Below are positions 11,941 to 23,580 of a stretch of 33,517 nt of DNA, piece by piece. This DNA is from Octopus sinensis (Eukaryota). The stretch covers positions 1-33,517 of the forward strand of contig NW_021832058.1 in NCBI RefSeq assembly GCF_006345805.1. The letters run 5' to 3'. Under the pieces are notes generated by a model. It did no database searches, was not told the origin of the DNA, and saw nothing but the letters and a program-made list of their open reading frames with translations. Positions within the stretch are counted from its first letter, which is position 1. Each line of letters begins with the position of its first letter. The position numbers and the translations under genes are program-made.

Positions 11941-12700
11941 ACGAACTGCAACAATGGAAGACATCTCACATTATCACACTTAGAAGACTGATAGAAGAAG
12001 TTAAGAGCCATAACAGGAAGGCTGTTATTATCTATGTAGACTTTAAAAAGGCTTTTGATTCAGCACTTAGAGGAATGATGATGAATATACTTAAAGCATA
12101 TGATATTCCACCAAGAATTCTGAGAGCAATAAGTAAGCTGTATGAGAACACCAGTGTGAAAGTGATCACTCCTGATGGAGAGACGGAATACTCTGAAGTA
12201 AAAGCCAGAGTATTACAAGGCGACATACTAGCACCTTATCTCTTCACCATCGTTCTGGACTATGTAATGTATAGAACGTACGAGGGCAAGGAAGAACTGG
12301 GATTCAAACTGTATAAGCAAAGTAGTAGACGGCATCAAGCAGTAACAGTAACTAACTGACCTAGACAATGCCTTACTAACAGAGAGGACAGATTAGGCAC
12401 AGGAGGTGCTGAGCAGATTAGAGCAGGAATCGGGGAAGGTAGGATTGTACTGTAACGCAAATAAAACAAAGCTGCAAGTATTTAACCACGAAATGTTTGT
12501 CTCGGTGAAAGTGAGAGATGGTAAGTCATTCAAGGTAGTTAAAAATTTCAAATACCTTAGTGCATGGACACAAATTACTGAAAAAGACATCGTAGCAAGG
12601 AAAGCTCTTGCCTGGAGCGCATGCCATAAATTGAGAAAGGTAAGGAGTTCAAAGATAGCAAGGAAATTGAAAATGGGGCTGTTTCTGGCAACATGTGTGT
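11941..12700 (+). pseudogene. RTE-clade LINE reverse transcriptase fragment
   Basis: YVDFKKAFDS, RVLQGDILAPYLFTIVLDYV, GLYCNANKTK, NFKYLSAW, RKALAWSACHKL; covers ORFs 12075-12359 and 12406-12810; FADD motif missing. Confidence 0.92.
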
Positions 12701-12794
12701 TTGTTGACGCACTTGGTGCTTGGTGTTTGCCTTTGCTTGGTGTAACCGTACGAGCACGCACACACACACACATAGATGCACATATAGGTGTTAT

Positions 12795-12849
<55 letters not shown>

Positions 12850-12854
<5 letters not shown>

Positions 12855-12965
12855 AGTACTAGACCTACAAAGGATAAGTCCTGGGGTCGATTTCTTCGAC
12901 TAAAATACCCTTTAAGCGGCACTCCAGTATGGCCACAGTAAAAGAGTGAAACAAGTAAAAGAATA
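12850..12965 (+). mobile_element. Tail of composite SINE
   Basis: Reverse complement of 10160-10270 (ataagtcctggggtcgattt..cgactaaa). Confidence 0.8.
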
Positions 12966-13089
12966 AAAGAACATATATATACATGTGTGTGTATAGATGT
13001 GTGTATCTACATATATATATATGCACACACACGTCTACACACACACACACATACACACACATACACACACACACACATATATATATATA

Positions 13090-13225
13090 ATCTTTTGCAT
13101 ATTTCAGTCATTTGACGACGGCCATGCTGGGACACTACCTTAAAAGCTTTAGTTGAACAACTCGACTTTAGAACTTATTTTTAAGTCTGGTATTCATTCT
13201 ATCGATCTCTTTTGCCGAATCTTAA
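13090..13225 (-). mobile_element. Tail of composite SINE, inverted relative to 12850-12965
   Basis: tttcagtcatttgacgacggccatgctggg...tctatcgatctcttttgccgaa. Confidence 0.75.
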
Positions 13226-13494
13226 TATAGCTTCTTGATCTGATAGATAAAACAGTTAAATTCCCCCTAGATCACACCCTAAAGGAAGAACATACTGGAT
13301 AAGACATCTTTGTCATTTCTTTTTTTTTTTTTTTTTGGAAAAAGTCTGTCAGGGATATTAAAATTACGTACGTCTTTGTTGGCTGGTCAGTCAGGGCTGA
13401 TCAAGATCTAAACAGGGAGAACTAGAAAGACAGCAGCTAATGCAGTATCTCTACTACAGCAAATCACTCACAAATGCACTGTTCTCTCTCTCTC

Positions 13495-13856
<362 letters not shown>

Positions 13857-14419
13857 TCTCTACTACCAAAGTATTAGTTAACCTCTGCATTAACCTCTGC
13901 GTTAACCTCTGCATTAAATACTTTACTGCATCATTCCTCTCCAAACCTCCAAACCTCAAGGATTTTCATCATTCTCATGCTTGTTCTACAGACATTAAAA
14001 CCTGAATAAATTCAAGCCGAGCATTAAACGCATCACGGTCAAGAGACTGAAACGATTATAAGGAACTTTCTTCTTTCTCTGAATTAATGTTTCTTAAAGC
14101 AATTGGTGATTATTCTTAATTGTTTTATTTTTTAATTGCAAAAAAACTGTTAGTTTCATCCCTAAATTATCAGAACAGTAGGACTTTTGTAACTAAAATT
14201 GGTAAGAAACACACATGCACATAACCCGTGCTAACGGCGAGTGAATATTTTTCAAACAGATAGACAACTTACAAACAAATATATTCTAGTATTATTTCAT
14301 GTTTGTAGCTATCGTTCAATGAATTGGACATAACATGAAAATAATCAGCTATAAACTTAACAAAATAATAACCTTGGATGAGGATTGCCACAGGAAATCG
14401 TTAATCAACGGTGTACGTT

Positions 14420-14703
14420 GTTTGTTCCTTCTCGAGCCATGCCTAGCTCATAAGGGCCGGTTTCCCGGTTTCCTTGGCGTATAGGTTCCCCACCTGGACG
14501 GGACGCCGGTGAGCTGCAAGAGGAAAGAGTGAGAGAAAGTTGTGGCGAAAGAGTCAGCAGAAGTTCGCCATTACCTTCTGCCGGAGCCGCGTGGAGCTTA
14601 GGTGTTTCGCTCATAGACACACGCATTGCCCGGTCTGAGATTCGAACCCACGATCCCTCGACCGCGAGTCCGCTGCTCTAACCACTAGGCAATGTGCCTC
14701 CAT
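14420..14703 (-). mobile_element. Young tRNA-derived SINE (possibly the octopus OK family; name from memory)
   Basis: Perfect 12-bp TSD acggtgtacgtt at 14408-14419 and 14704-14715; A box tgcctagtggttagag; B box ggttcgaatctc. Confidence 0.93.
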
Positions 14704-16229
14704 ACGGTGTACGTTAGGCTAAGCAGAGTCATGTATAAAATTACAAATAACGTTGACTCTCTTCAGCTAAAATTTTGAGATAAAATTAGAAAATTTGCAG
14801 ATAAATACTCTGCAAATTGCGACATAATATCATAGGAAACTTCTTCAGTACTCAAGCTCTCCCACACATACAATACAATCTCTTCAAATTTCTACATACA
14901 GACAATATTTCAATTATCTCGTTTACATGTTATAACATTGAATTAAAATGTGATATTTATCAATACAGCATTTGTTGCATATTTTTGCTAAATTTTTATA
15001 TGGGCTTACACTTTAAACAATGCTACAAATTGCGTTAATAACTCTGCTATCCTTAAAATTCTCGACTTTTAAGAAGAGAAACGTAGAGCTGAAATTTTCT
15101 CTAATGCTGAAGGATTGAATGTGTCGTGTATATCTAGTTTTAAATGTATTTTGCGTAAGGTTATATATTATTCCTCTCAATGAAAACTGTCGTTGTTATC
15201 TTTGTGTACTATACATACGCACCTTTGTGAAGCAATTGTCATTGATTGGGCAGGATGCAGTATCTCTGATATTGCATTATGGCTGTTGGGGTAGAGTTTT
15301 TCTATTTGCAAGGGTAAAATTACGTTATTTTGTGCTTCATGAATTTAACATATATTTTATTTTCTATATTGTTCAGCCACTTAATTGCTGCACTGCTACT
15401 TTTCCATTGCGTAATTCTTTGGCACACCTAAACATTAAGTTTATGGAGTCTAGAATGTGTTATTCCCAGATTGATTTGAGTTCTTTTATTAGTCTACATT
15501 TGGGATGGGAGAAAAATTATGGTTCATTAGGGTTATGTATAGCCTGAGTCATATATGGCTTGCACACAATTTTAAATTGCGTAGCAGATGCTTTCTGTTC
15601 ATATTTGATTACATTCTAAGTGTTAGGATTTGCTTGTTTCTAAATTTTAGTATTTTGTTGAGCAAAAGTTTGGAGAGTGTAGTTTGAATACAGGTGTGTG
15701 TGTGTGCGTGTGTGTGTGAGTGAGTGTGTGTGCGCGCGTGTATGTGTGCGTTTATATGTGTGTATGTGTAGGTGTGGATCTGTGCGTGTGTATGTGTGTG
15801 TGAGTGTGTGTGTGTATGTGTGTGTTGACAAATACGTGGATGCTTCAAGTGCTTGTAATGGATTGTATATTGTTTTGGCAGGTGCATGTATGACGTCTAA
15901 GTGTTAACGTTTCTGTGCATTTGATGGATCGTCATTAATTAAACAATACTTATTTATGCACAACACAGCATAAATCAGAAAAGCTGAAATAAACTTAAAT
16001 ATTCTAAAGCCTTACTGTGTGTTAAATAAGAATATAAGCATATGCTTTCTATACGATTGATGTACGGTAAAAATTGGGAGGAGGTCTGTCTCCTAACAGC
16101 CTATTTTACTTTTAGACAGTTCCTCAGAAAAGACGTATCTGTGTCCCTTAAACTATAATTTTTACATAGTTGATCCGCGATTAAAATAAAACGTGGTAGT
16201 TTCTTACGTGGTTATTCAATTTGCTTGAC

Positions 16230-16400
16230 TTCCTCAAATCAAACATCCCCAGTAGTTTTGAATTACGAAAAAACACAATGGATTATGTAGCCTAGTCCTA
16301 GACACACCTAAAGACAAGATGGTTATAGTTGGAATCCTGTTGGTAATCCTTTTGATAATAGGGTTGTTCAATTAGTGTTGATCTAGAGATTACCAACAAC
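16230..16400 (+). mobile_element. Decayed SINE tail fragment
   Basis: Loose similarity to 13250-13420 (ttcc..aaatcacacc ... tggat..agtc ... gatc). Confidence 0.45.
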
Positions 16401-16672
16401 AGTATGGCTTCTTCATTTGCTCTGTTGTTTGATTAGGAAGCTCCTGAATTTACCAAGTGTGCACTAGGTGATTGCAGTGATGTTCAGAAATGTTATAATT
16501 CCGTGATTTACGAGAGATAACGCCACGCAGACGTTAGCTCATATACAGTTTCTGAGTTCAACATTTACTGTGTGAAATTAGTACGGGTAGTGTACTGCGG
16601 TAGAGTCACCCTTCCACTCTCACTGGTAAGCTATGGCATATCTCCCACTCTCTTTCTCTCTCTCTCCCTCTC

Positions 16673-16707
<35 letters not shown>

Positions 16708-17524
16708 TGCTCTCTATCTCTTTTCTCTCTCTCTCGTTCTCGCTCTATCCGTATCCGTTTATGCCAGATTTAGTGTGTTACATGTGAGACGGTGTCACCT
16801 GATAGGTGTGTTGTAAGTTAATCTCTTCAGTTGATTGGTGTCAGTAGTTCAGATCAATGTCGTAAGCATGGATAGATTCTCGAATCTCTCTGACAGGTAT
16901 ATCAAATCACCTATGCGGTGCAAGTGACGATATTTAGGTCTCTACATTCTACCTTTTTCTTTTGTTCTTGCTCTCTCTTTCATAATAAATATGACTGCGT
17001 GTATGTATATATAAGTGCGTATGTGTGTGTAAGTTTAAGGTTTGCCAACTTCTGATTTTCTTTGTTCCTGTCTACCCACCTACCCTAATTTTCACAATGT
17101 TATTCTCTCACTCTGATCTAACCTGATCTTTCTAATGTTTTTTCGGCCTTTCTTCTTCTTGTCTTAGTCTACCTGTGTGTGTGAATGTGTGTGTGTGTGT
17201 GTGTGTGCACGAATGTCTGTGTATTAATGTATGTCTGTAAGCATGTATTATGTATGTATGTGTATAGTTATATATGTATGTATATATATGTGTGTGTGTG
17301 TAGTTATATATATATGTGTGAGAGAGAGAGAGACAGAAAGTGTGTGTGATGTGTGTGTGTGTGTGTGTGTGTGTGGAACGACATTAAGTACAAATGTAAA
17401 CGTAGGAAAGATATCATGATCATATTTTCAAATGTCCATTAAAACTTCATGAAGTCATCATGACGTCATACTACATTCTTTCCAAACAACATTTGCTGGT
17501 TATTTCCTCTCACCAGCTGCTTCG

Positions 17525-17685
17525 ACACTGTGTAGTTAAGCAGTTCGCTTTGTAACCACCTTCTTTCAGGTTCAATCCCACTGCAAGGTATTTTGGGAAA
17601 GTATGTTCAACTATATCCCCAGACCAACCCATGCTCTGTGAGTGAATTTGATAGTCAGAAACTGTGTAAAGTCCATCGTGTGTAT
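17525..17685 (+). mobile_element. Decayed CORE-like SINE head
   Basis: caggttcaatcccactgcaaggtattttgggaaag...gtgagtgaatttgatagtcagaaactg aligns to 30901-31075. Confidence 0.75.
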
Positions 17686-17709
17686 ATACATACCATATAA
17701 TATATATAG

Positions 17710-17814
<105 letters not shown>

Positions 17815-17854
17815 ATATATGTAATGTATAAGGTGTCATGCATGCATGTATGTA

Positions 17855-18082
17855 TCTTTACTACCCACAAGGGACTAAACACAGAGGGGGGAAACAAGGA
17901 CAGACAAAGAGGGATTAAGTCGATTACATCGACCCCAGTGCGTAACTGGTACTTAATTTATCGACCCCGAAAGGATGAAAGGCAAAGTCGACCTCGGCGG
18001 AATTTGAACTCGGCGTGTAACGACAGACGAAATACGGCTACTTATTTCCCCGGCGTGCTAACGTTTCTGCCAGCTCGCCGGC
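17855..18082 (-). mobile_element. SINE family A, full length
   Basis: Reverse complement aligns along its length with 20592-20821. Confidence 0.92.
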
Positions 18083-18110
18083 ATATACACATATATGTAT
18101 ATTGTATATA

Positions 18111-18167
<57 letters not shown>

Positions 18168-18288
18168 GTGTGTGTGTGTGTGTATAGATTCACACACATA
18201 TACATACATATAAATATATATATGTATGTGTATATATATATGCATATATATGTATACATATGTATATGTGCGATACTATTAGTGTAAG

Positions 18289-18326
<38 letters not shown>

Positions 18327-18468
18327 ATATATACCTTAAAAACAACCGCCACTGCAATTATCAGAATCCAGGCAACTGCTTTTTGCGTAAAAATGTCTAC
18401 CTAAGGATATTGTGTATAAATGTTTCTGAATACTTCTCTCAAAAAAACATACATCAACCATTCCACCA

Positions 18469-18533
<65 letters not shown>

Positions 18534-19513
18534 AGTTTTATTTACACAATCATTTGTTCAGAAACCAGCCAGAAGTAACATGACTTCGCTGTCTCAATAT
18601 ATATGGTAACTCAAAATCCGTACTACATTAAATAGAGCATCCTAGCTAATGTCAAGTATTATAAGTGTACCAGAGAAAGAAATGACCTTATAACATAGTC
18701 TCTGCACCACAGAAACACTTGATGCCCTTTTCTTTTTCGCCATGGACAAACATTTCAGTAGTAATTCTGATAAGGTTTCCTCATATAGAGAGCCTATGTA
18801 TTGTACGCAACTAAATTTGAAACCCATCATATACTCGAATAGACAGACTAGAAAAATTTTCTTAATAAACGGCTATACCCTTCTCTGGGCCGTCAGTTTA
18901 GTACACGTCCCTAGGTATTAACTGAATTCACACACCATAACTACTTTAACCATCCAGGCTCTTGATGGGTTTGGGAAGTTAGCTAACACCTCACTGTGAT
19001 TTTATCGTATTTGTGCTCTTATAGACTTTATTACACACCAACCTTACCCACCAGCCCTAAACCACCGGAGGCTCCCATAATTACAACCTTGGTTAGCCCG
19101 TCTCTTTTTAACTGCTCACTTTGCTCCTTACCTACAATTACTAGTTATTCGTATATTTGTATTTAACACACGACTTTCAGTTATAGAATTATTTGCATGT
19201 CATAAAATATTTGTCTCCTGACACAGAGGCAGAGTACACCCTGCTTTTAGAATCTTTTCCTACTCAAGTGATTTTGAGAAACTGCGAGAGTAAGCGATTT
19301 ATTGATATTATCGTTGTAAATCCACTGCTACCTATCAATTATAAGGTTTGGGTGACGATATTTTTTATGTGTGTGTGTAATATATAACTAAACCCCAATA
19401 TCCTGTTTATTGATATAATGGGTTTTTTTAATTCGACACCGATTTGGGGGTAATACTGCTGGCACTTCCTCTTCTCTGTAGAGTATGCAAGGAAGTTTTA
19501 TATATATAAATAT

Positions 19514-19710
19514 ATAAGCTACCCCTATTTTACAAAAAAATGTGTTGGCGGTCGGGTATGAGACTCGAACTCACACCTCCGTGATTACGCGTTGCGGTGC
19601 TCTGAACCAATTAAGCTAAACCGCACCGCGACGCGTAATCACGGAGGTGTGAGTTCGAGTCTCATAACCGGCCGCTAACACTTTTTTCCTGCACAATAGG
19701 GCTAGCTTAT
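19514..19710. repeat. Fold-back of tRNA-like sequence (87/88-bp arms, 22-nt spacer)
   Basis: Arms 19514-19600 and 19623-19710; 36-bp perfect core (19557-19592); A box, B box and T-run on the minus strand. Confidence 0.93.
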
Positions 19711-19793
19711 CCTGTTCAGGCTATATTATTAGCGTATCCCGCGTTTGAGAATTTAAAATCACTTCTTTAACTTTCTAAGACATCACAACGTTC

Positions 19794-19883
<90 letters not shown>

Positions 19884-19952
19884 ACATATATATATATTGC
19901 TGCATTTTTTTGTATATAAACAGTTTGGCTGCTTGTTTCTCTGGAGACTGTC

Positions 19953-20003
19953 AGACACCTCTGATGAGAACCCAATAAGGTTCGAAAATCGATTAATGTT
20001 GTT
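19953..20003 (+). ncRNA. Minimal type I hammerhead-ribozyme motif
   Basis: CTGATGA (19961-19967), stem II gaacc/ggttc, GAAA (19984-19987), palindromic aatcgatt stem III, UUA site; stem I imperfect. Confidence 0.65.
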
Positions 20004-20591
20004 CGTCATTTTTTCAGTCTACGGAGAAATGGCTAAAATTATATATATCACTTGTCCGTAACGTTTAAAGCAAGTGATTTATTAATGAAATCACCACCAC
20101 AACTGACTAATAACTTAATATCAGGTCTGTAAGAGTGTGTGCGATTGTGCTTGTGTAAGCATGTGCGTGTGTGTGCGCGCGCGAGCGTGCGTGTGCGTGC
20201 GTACGTGCACGTGAGCGCGCGCGTGTTATAATTACTCTGTCTTCAGTGGCTTCTCTGTTTATTAGTTACCGACATAGCGGTATGTTTGCTCTACACCACT
20301 CTAACAGAGCTTATTGAGCAAAACTCTTCACTCTTCCTGTATTTTCAAAACTGACGAAAGTCAATATTCTATTTTATTCGCCTTGTAAGCCAGCTTTCAT
20401 AGATTCAAAACAGGAATTATTTTAAACTAAACCCACAGCCGTTGAGATTCAGGAATATTTGTCTTTTTCACTAACCTAGAGGGATACACCTTGCTCTACT
20501 GCTCTAAGACTACATGCATTGACTTGCTTTTAAACATTGAAATATATGGTGTCATACGCGATTGCATATACTTGTACAAACTAGTACCCAC

Positions 20592-20821
20592 ATAAGGTGG
20601 CGAGCTAGCAGAAGCGTTAGCAGGCCGGGCGACATGCGTAGCCGTATTTTGTCTGCCGTTCTGAGTTCAAATTCCGCCGAGGTCGACTTTGCCTTTCATC
20701 CTTTCGGGGTCGATAAATTAAGTACCAGTTACGCACTGGGGTCGATATAATCGACTTAATCCATTTGTCTGTCCTTGTTTGTCCCCTCTATGTTTAGCCC
20801 CATGAGGGCAATAAAAAAATA
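20592..20821 (+). mobile_element. SINE family A with perfect 16-bp TSD
   Basis: TSD acaaactagtacccac at 20576-20591 and 20822-20837; B box gagttcaaattcc; A-rich 3' end. Confidence 0.95.
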
Positions 20822-21439
20822 ACAAACTAGTACCCACGTAGGCTCTCTCAATTCCACTTAAGAGGGAATCCGTTGTACAATACAAACGCTCTCAAGACGA
20901 ACGCACGTTTAGGCGAGACTATGCGTGTGAATACCTAAGGGATATACACAGGCGCACACTCGACATGCTCAGGTGTTGAGGGGGCGGAATATAAGCAGTT
21001 GCACATGTATATGTGTGTTTGTGTCTGCGCATATTTGTGTGTTTGGTTGTTTGTATATACGTGAATATGGGTGCATTACGTCTGCGTATATTCTCCCTGC
21101 CTTGTGACTCAATAATTTTTCTACTGTGCCTAAGAGAGTATGAGAGTACATTTACATCGTAAAGTATTCCATATATATTCAGGGATTTCAGCATCTGTTG
21201 CGTGCACATGAGTGTGAATACCTGTGCACGCATGTAGAACATTCCACTTTAATACTTCTACCTTACCCAGAGGTCAATTCAATTTAATACCTTTTATTAA
21301 ATATGTGCTTTTATTAGATATGTTATGTGGAGTTTAAAGCTTGGTAGTGACCTGTAAGCTCTATTGAAGGTCTTATATGCTCATAAGTATTTCTAGATTA
21401 CCAGTTATATGTTACATGTCTATGTTCCTTATTAGATTT

Positions 21440-22080
21440 GAATTGAACCAACAAACTTGATTACAAGGCAGGCACAGAAAAACCTAGCCCAAGAGAGCAG
21501 GATACAACAGCAGAGGGTGCATGTTAATTCTTTGTTCCTCACCTTGGTGTGAATTTTGTTATCCCTCTTGCGAGCTACATGAAGCAATTTTATACGCTGT
21601 ATACTTTCAACTCCAAATCGTTTTTCAACCATCAAAATATGCTATTTCCGTGTCGCAAGATTTGCAGCAAATTTTTTCCATTTCTTAATTTTATTTCCTA
21701 TGTCTTTTAGATCAGGCTTCTAGCAACCTTCAAATCTCATCGTACGTTTGTGTTGAGGAAAGCTTGTTTGGGGAGCTAGTAATCAGTTAGAGTTGACACA
21801 AGACCAATTCGTACCAATTTGCTTTTTATAAAACGTGCCCTGATTCTCAGACTCTTGGACCTTTTAAGTAATTTTGTAGAACCATACTCTTCTGTGATGT
21901 TAATAAATGACTCGGAAAATTCTAGTGAAAATTTCCGGCAGTCTCACATTGTCCGGATTTCACATGCATATAAAAGTACTATAAAATGATACAAGCTTCT
22001 TAAACAACCAGCTTGGAGATTATATGTATGCCTTTGTGACCACACTCGAGCTTCCAACCTATAGAAGTCCATTCTGGCCT
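21440..22080 (-). pseudogene. RTE (BovB-like) LINE 3' ORF fragment
   Basis: Across frames on the minus strand: RLEARVWSQR, LLYACEIRT, terminal TCTLCC zinc-knuckle-like segment (ORF 21432-21635); heavily decayed. Confidence 0.65.
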
Positions 22081-22328
22081 CCTCCATAATTCACCGAATT
22101 CCAAGTTAAACTAATTAATTAATCACAGGCAAAGACAGAAATAAATATCACTTTTTGTTTTATACAAAGTTACAGTGAATTCTATTAATAAAAATCTGTT
22201 ATGTGCAACTAAAGCAATATTAAGTTAAAACAGCCATCTGGGTATCATACATAATGATGATGCATCGTGAGAAGGTAAACTAACTGCGGTATTCATCTGG
22301 AGACGATACCTCTTGTGGACGTACTGTA

Positions 22329-22369
<41 letters not shown>

Positions 22370-22629
22370 TAGCAAACGAAAATCGTCCAGCAGCGGTGGT
22401 GAGGACGCTAGTGATGCATTTTTGCTTCGTTCGGCTTCTTCAGTAGTATGCCAACTATATGCTAAAACTTTTATTGAGCTGGGTGGCTAATTGCAATATC
22501 ATTAATTTTTCAGTAACTATTTTCCTATACCAGTCGCAAGACACTTGTGAGTGTGTGTATATAATGTGTGTGTGTGTGGGGGGGTGTCTGTGTGTCTGTG
22601 TGTGTGTGTGAACAAAAAATTATTCCAAA

Positions 22630-23190
22630 ATGTTATGCCGTAAGCTCCACAGGCGGCTACAAAGTTGTTTCCTGGCGAGATCCATCAAAGTCACCCTTTC
22701 AGACCAGTCTTCTGATCTCTCATTTATCAATATGTCAATCCTAGGAGCCTCAATATACGGTCTACTTTATAGTGCTTTTTTTCTTTTGTTTGTCTGTGTT
22801 TTACTTTCTTTTCTTGTTTGCACAGACGATCCTAATTTTTGAACGCCTGTGATAGGATAATAATGTCTATGTTCTGCTGCACAGTTTCCGGATTCTATCA
22901 GAATGAAATCCACTGAAGACTACAGTATATCAATATAAGATTCAACAAAATACAAATCAAGTGTGTTATATCAAAATTTGAATTGTCTTTTCAGAATTGC
23001 AGCCAGGCAATGATACAGGAAGTTGAGATTTTGGGTGTCGCTATACCCAACAATACAGTTTGGTCCAAACCAATACGATCATTTATCCCAAAATATATCT
23101 GCTACATGTAACTGGTGGTGACCGGAAGTTGGGAGTATTTCACAAAGTGGAAAATAAATTAGGATTTGCTACAGAAAGATGTACTACTTT
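22630..23190 (+). pseudogene. CR1-like LINE RT fragment
   Basis: CFLARSIKVTLSDQSS..IN (SFLSxRSIxV...SS..IN), CTDDPNF (FADD equivalent), EILGVAI, KLG; decayed. Confidence 0.7.
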
Positions 23191-23457
23191 ATATATATAT
23201 ATATAATATATATATACAATTTAAAAATAGGATAAAATCTTTATAAGAATTTATGAAGTAGTCAGCGTGAAAAACCTCATAAGAGAAAAAAAATCCACCA
23301 ATTTTTTCACTTAAATATATTTATCTATATTATATAGAGGGCATTACTACACATAAATGCCGCACGCTAGGAGGGACTCTTAAAGTCAAAACTACTAAAA
23401 TAAATAAACACATCGTACCGAATGCAACTCTCGAAGCAAGTCATTTAAAAACAGAAT

Positions 23458-23564
23458 TTAGCTGCAGATCATCGTGATTTCATAATCAGTGTAGTAGTGC
23501 ACTCTATACTCATCAGTGCACTTTTTACTCATCGGTGCACTCTTTACTCATCAGTGCAAGCTAA
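23458..23564 (-). ncRNA. Type I hammerhead ribozyme with triplicated CUGAUGA box
   Basis: Stem I ttagc-t-tgca / tgca-gctaa (9 bp plus 1 bulge); CTGATGA at 23554-23548; stem II gtaa-ag-agtg / cact-ga-ttat; GAAA at 23481-23478; stem III tca-cga-tga; AUC site at 23469-23467. Confidence 0.75.
23496..23558. repeat. 19-bp tandem repeat, 3.3 units
   Basis: agtgcactctatactcatc / agtgcactttttactcatc / ggtgcactctttactcatc / agtgca. Confidence 0.97.
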
Positions 23565-23580
23565 TCAGCACCAGTATTGC

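Noticed and set aside
18642-18830. 62-aa minus-strand ORF in non-repetitive sequence
   Set aside because: No motif or family similarity recognised, and no splice support.
19545-19624. Functional tRNA gene (Thr-CGT-like)
   Set aside because: The anticodon arm is mispaired and the 3' acceptor side is too long for a cloverleaf. Treated as tRNA-derived sequence, pending tRNAscan-SE.
20160-20225. CpG-rich alternating purine-pyrimidine tract as a regulatory or Z-DNA element
   Set aside because: Explained as a (TG)n microsatellite variant; no evidence of function.
23496-23558. CRISPR-like array
   Set aside because: Units are contiguous with no spacers, in eukaryotic DNA with no cas genes.
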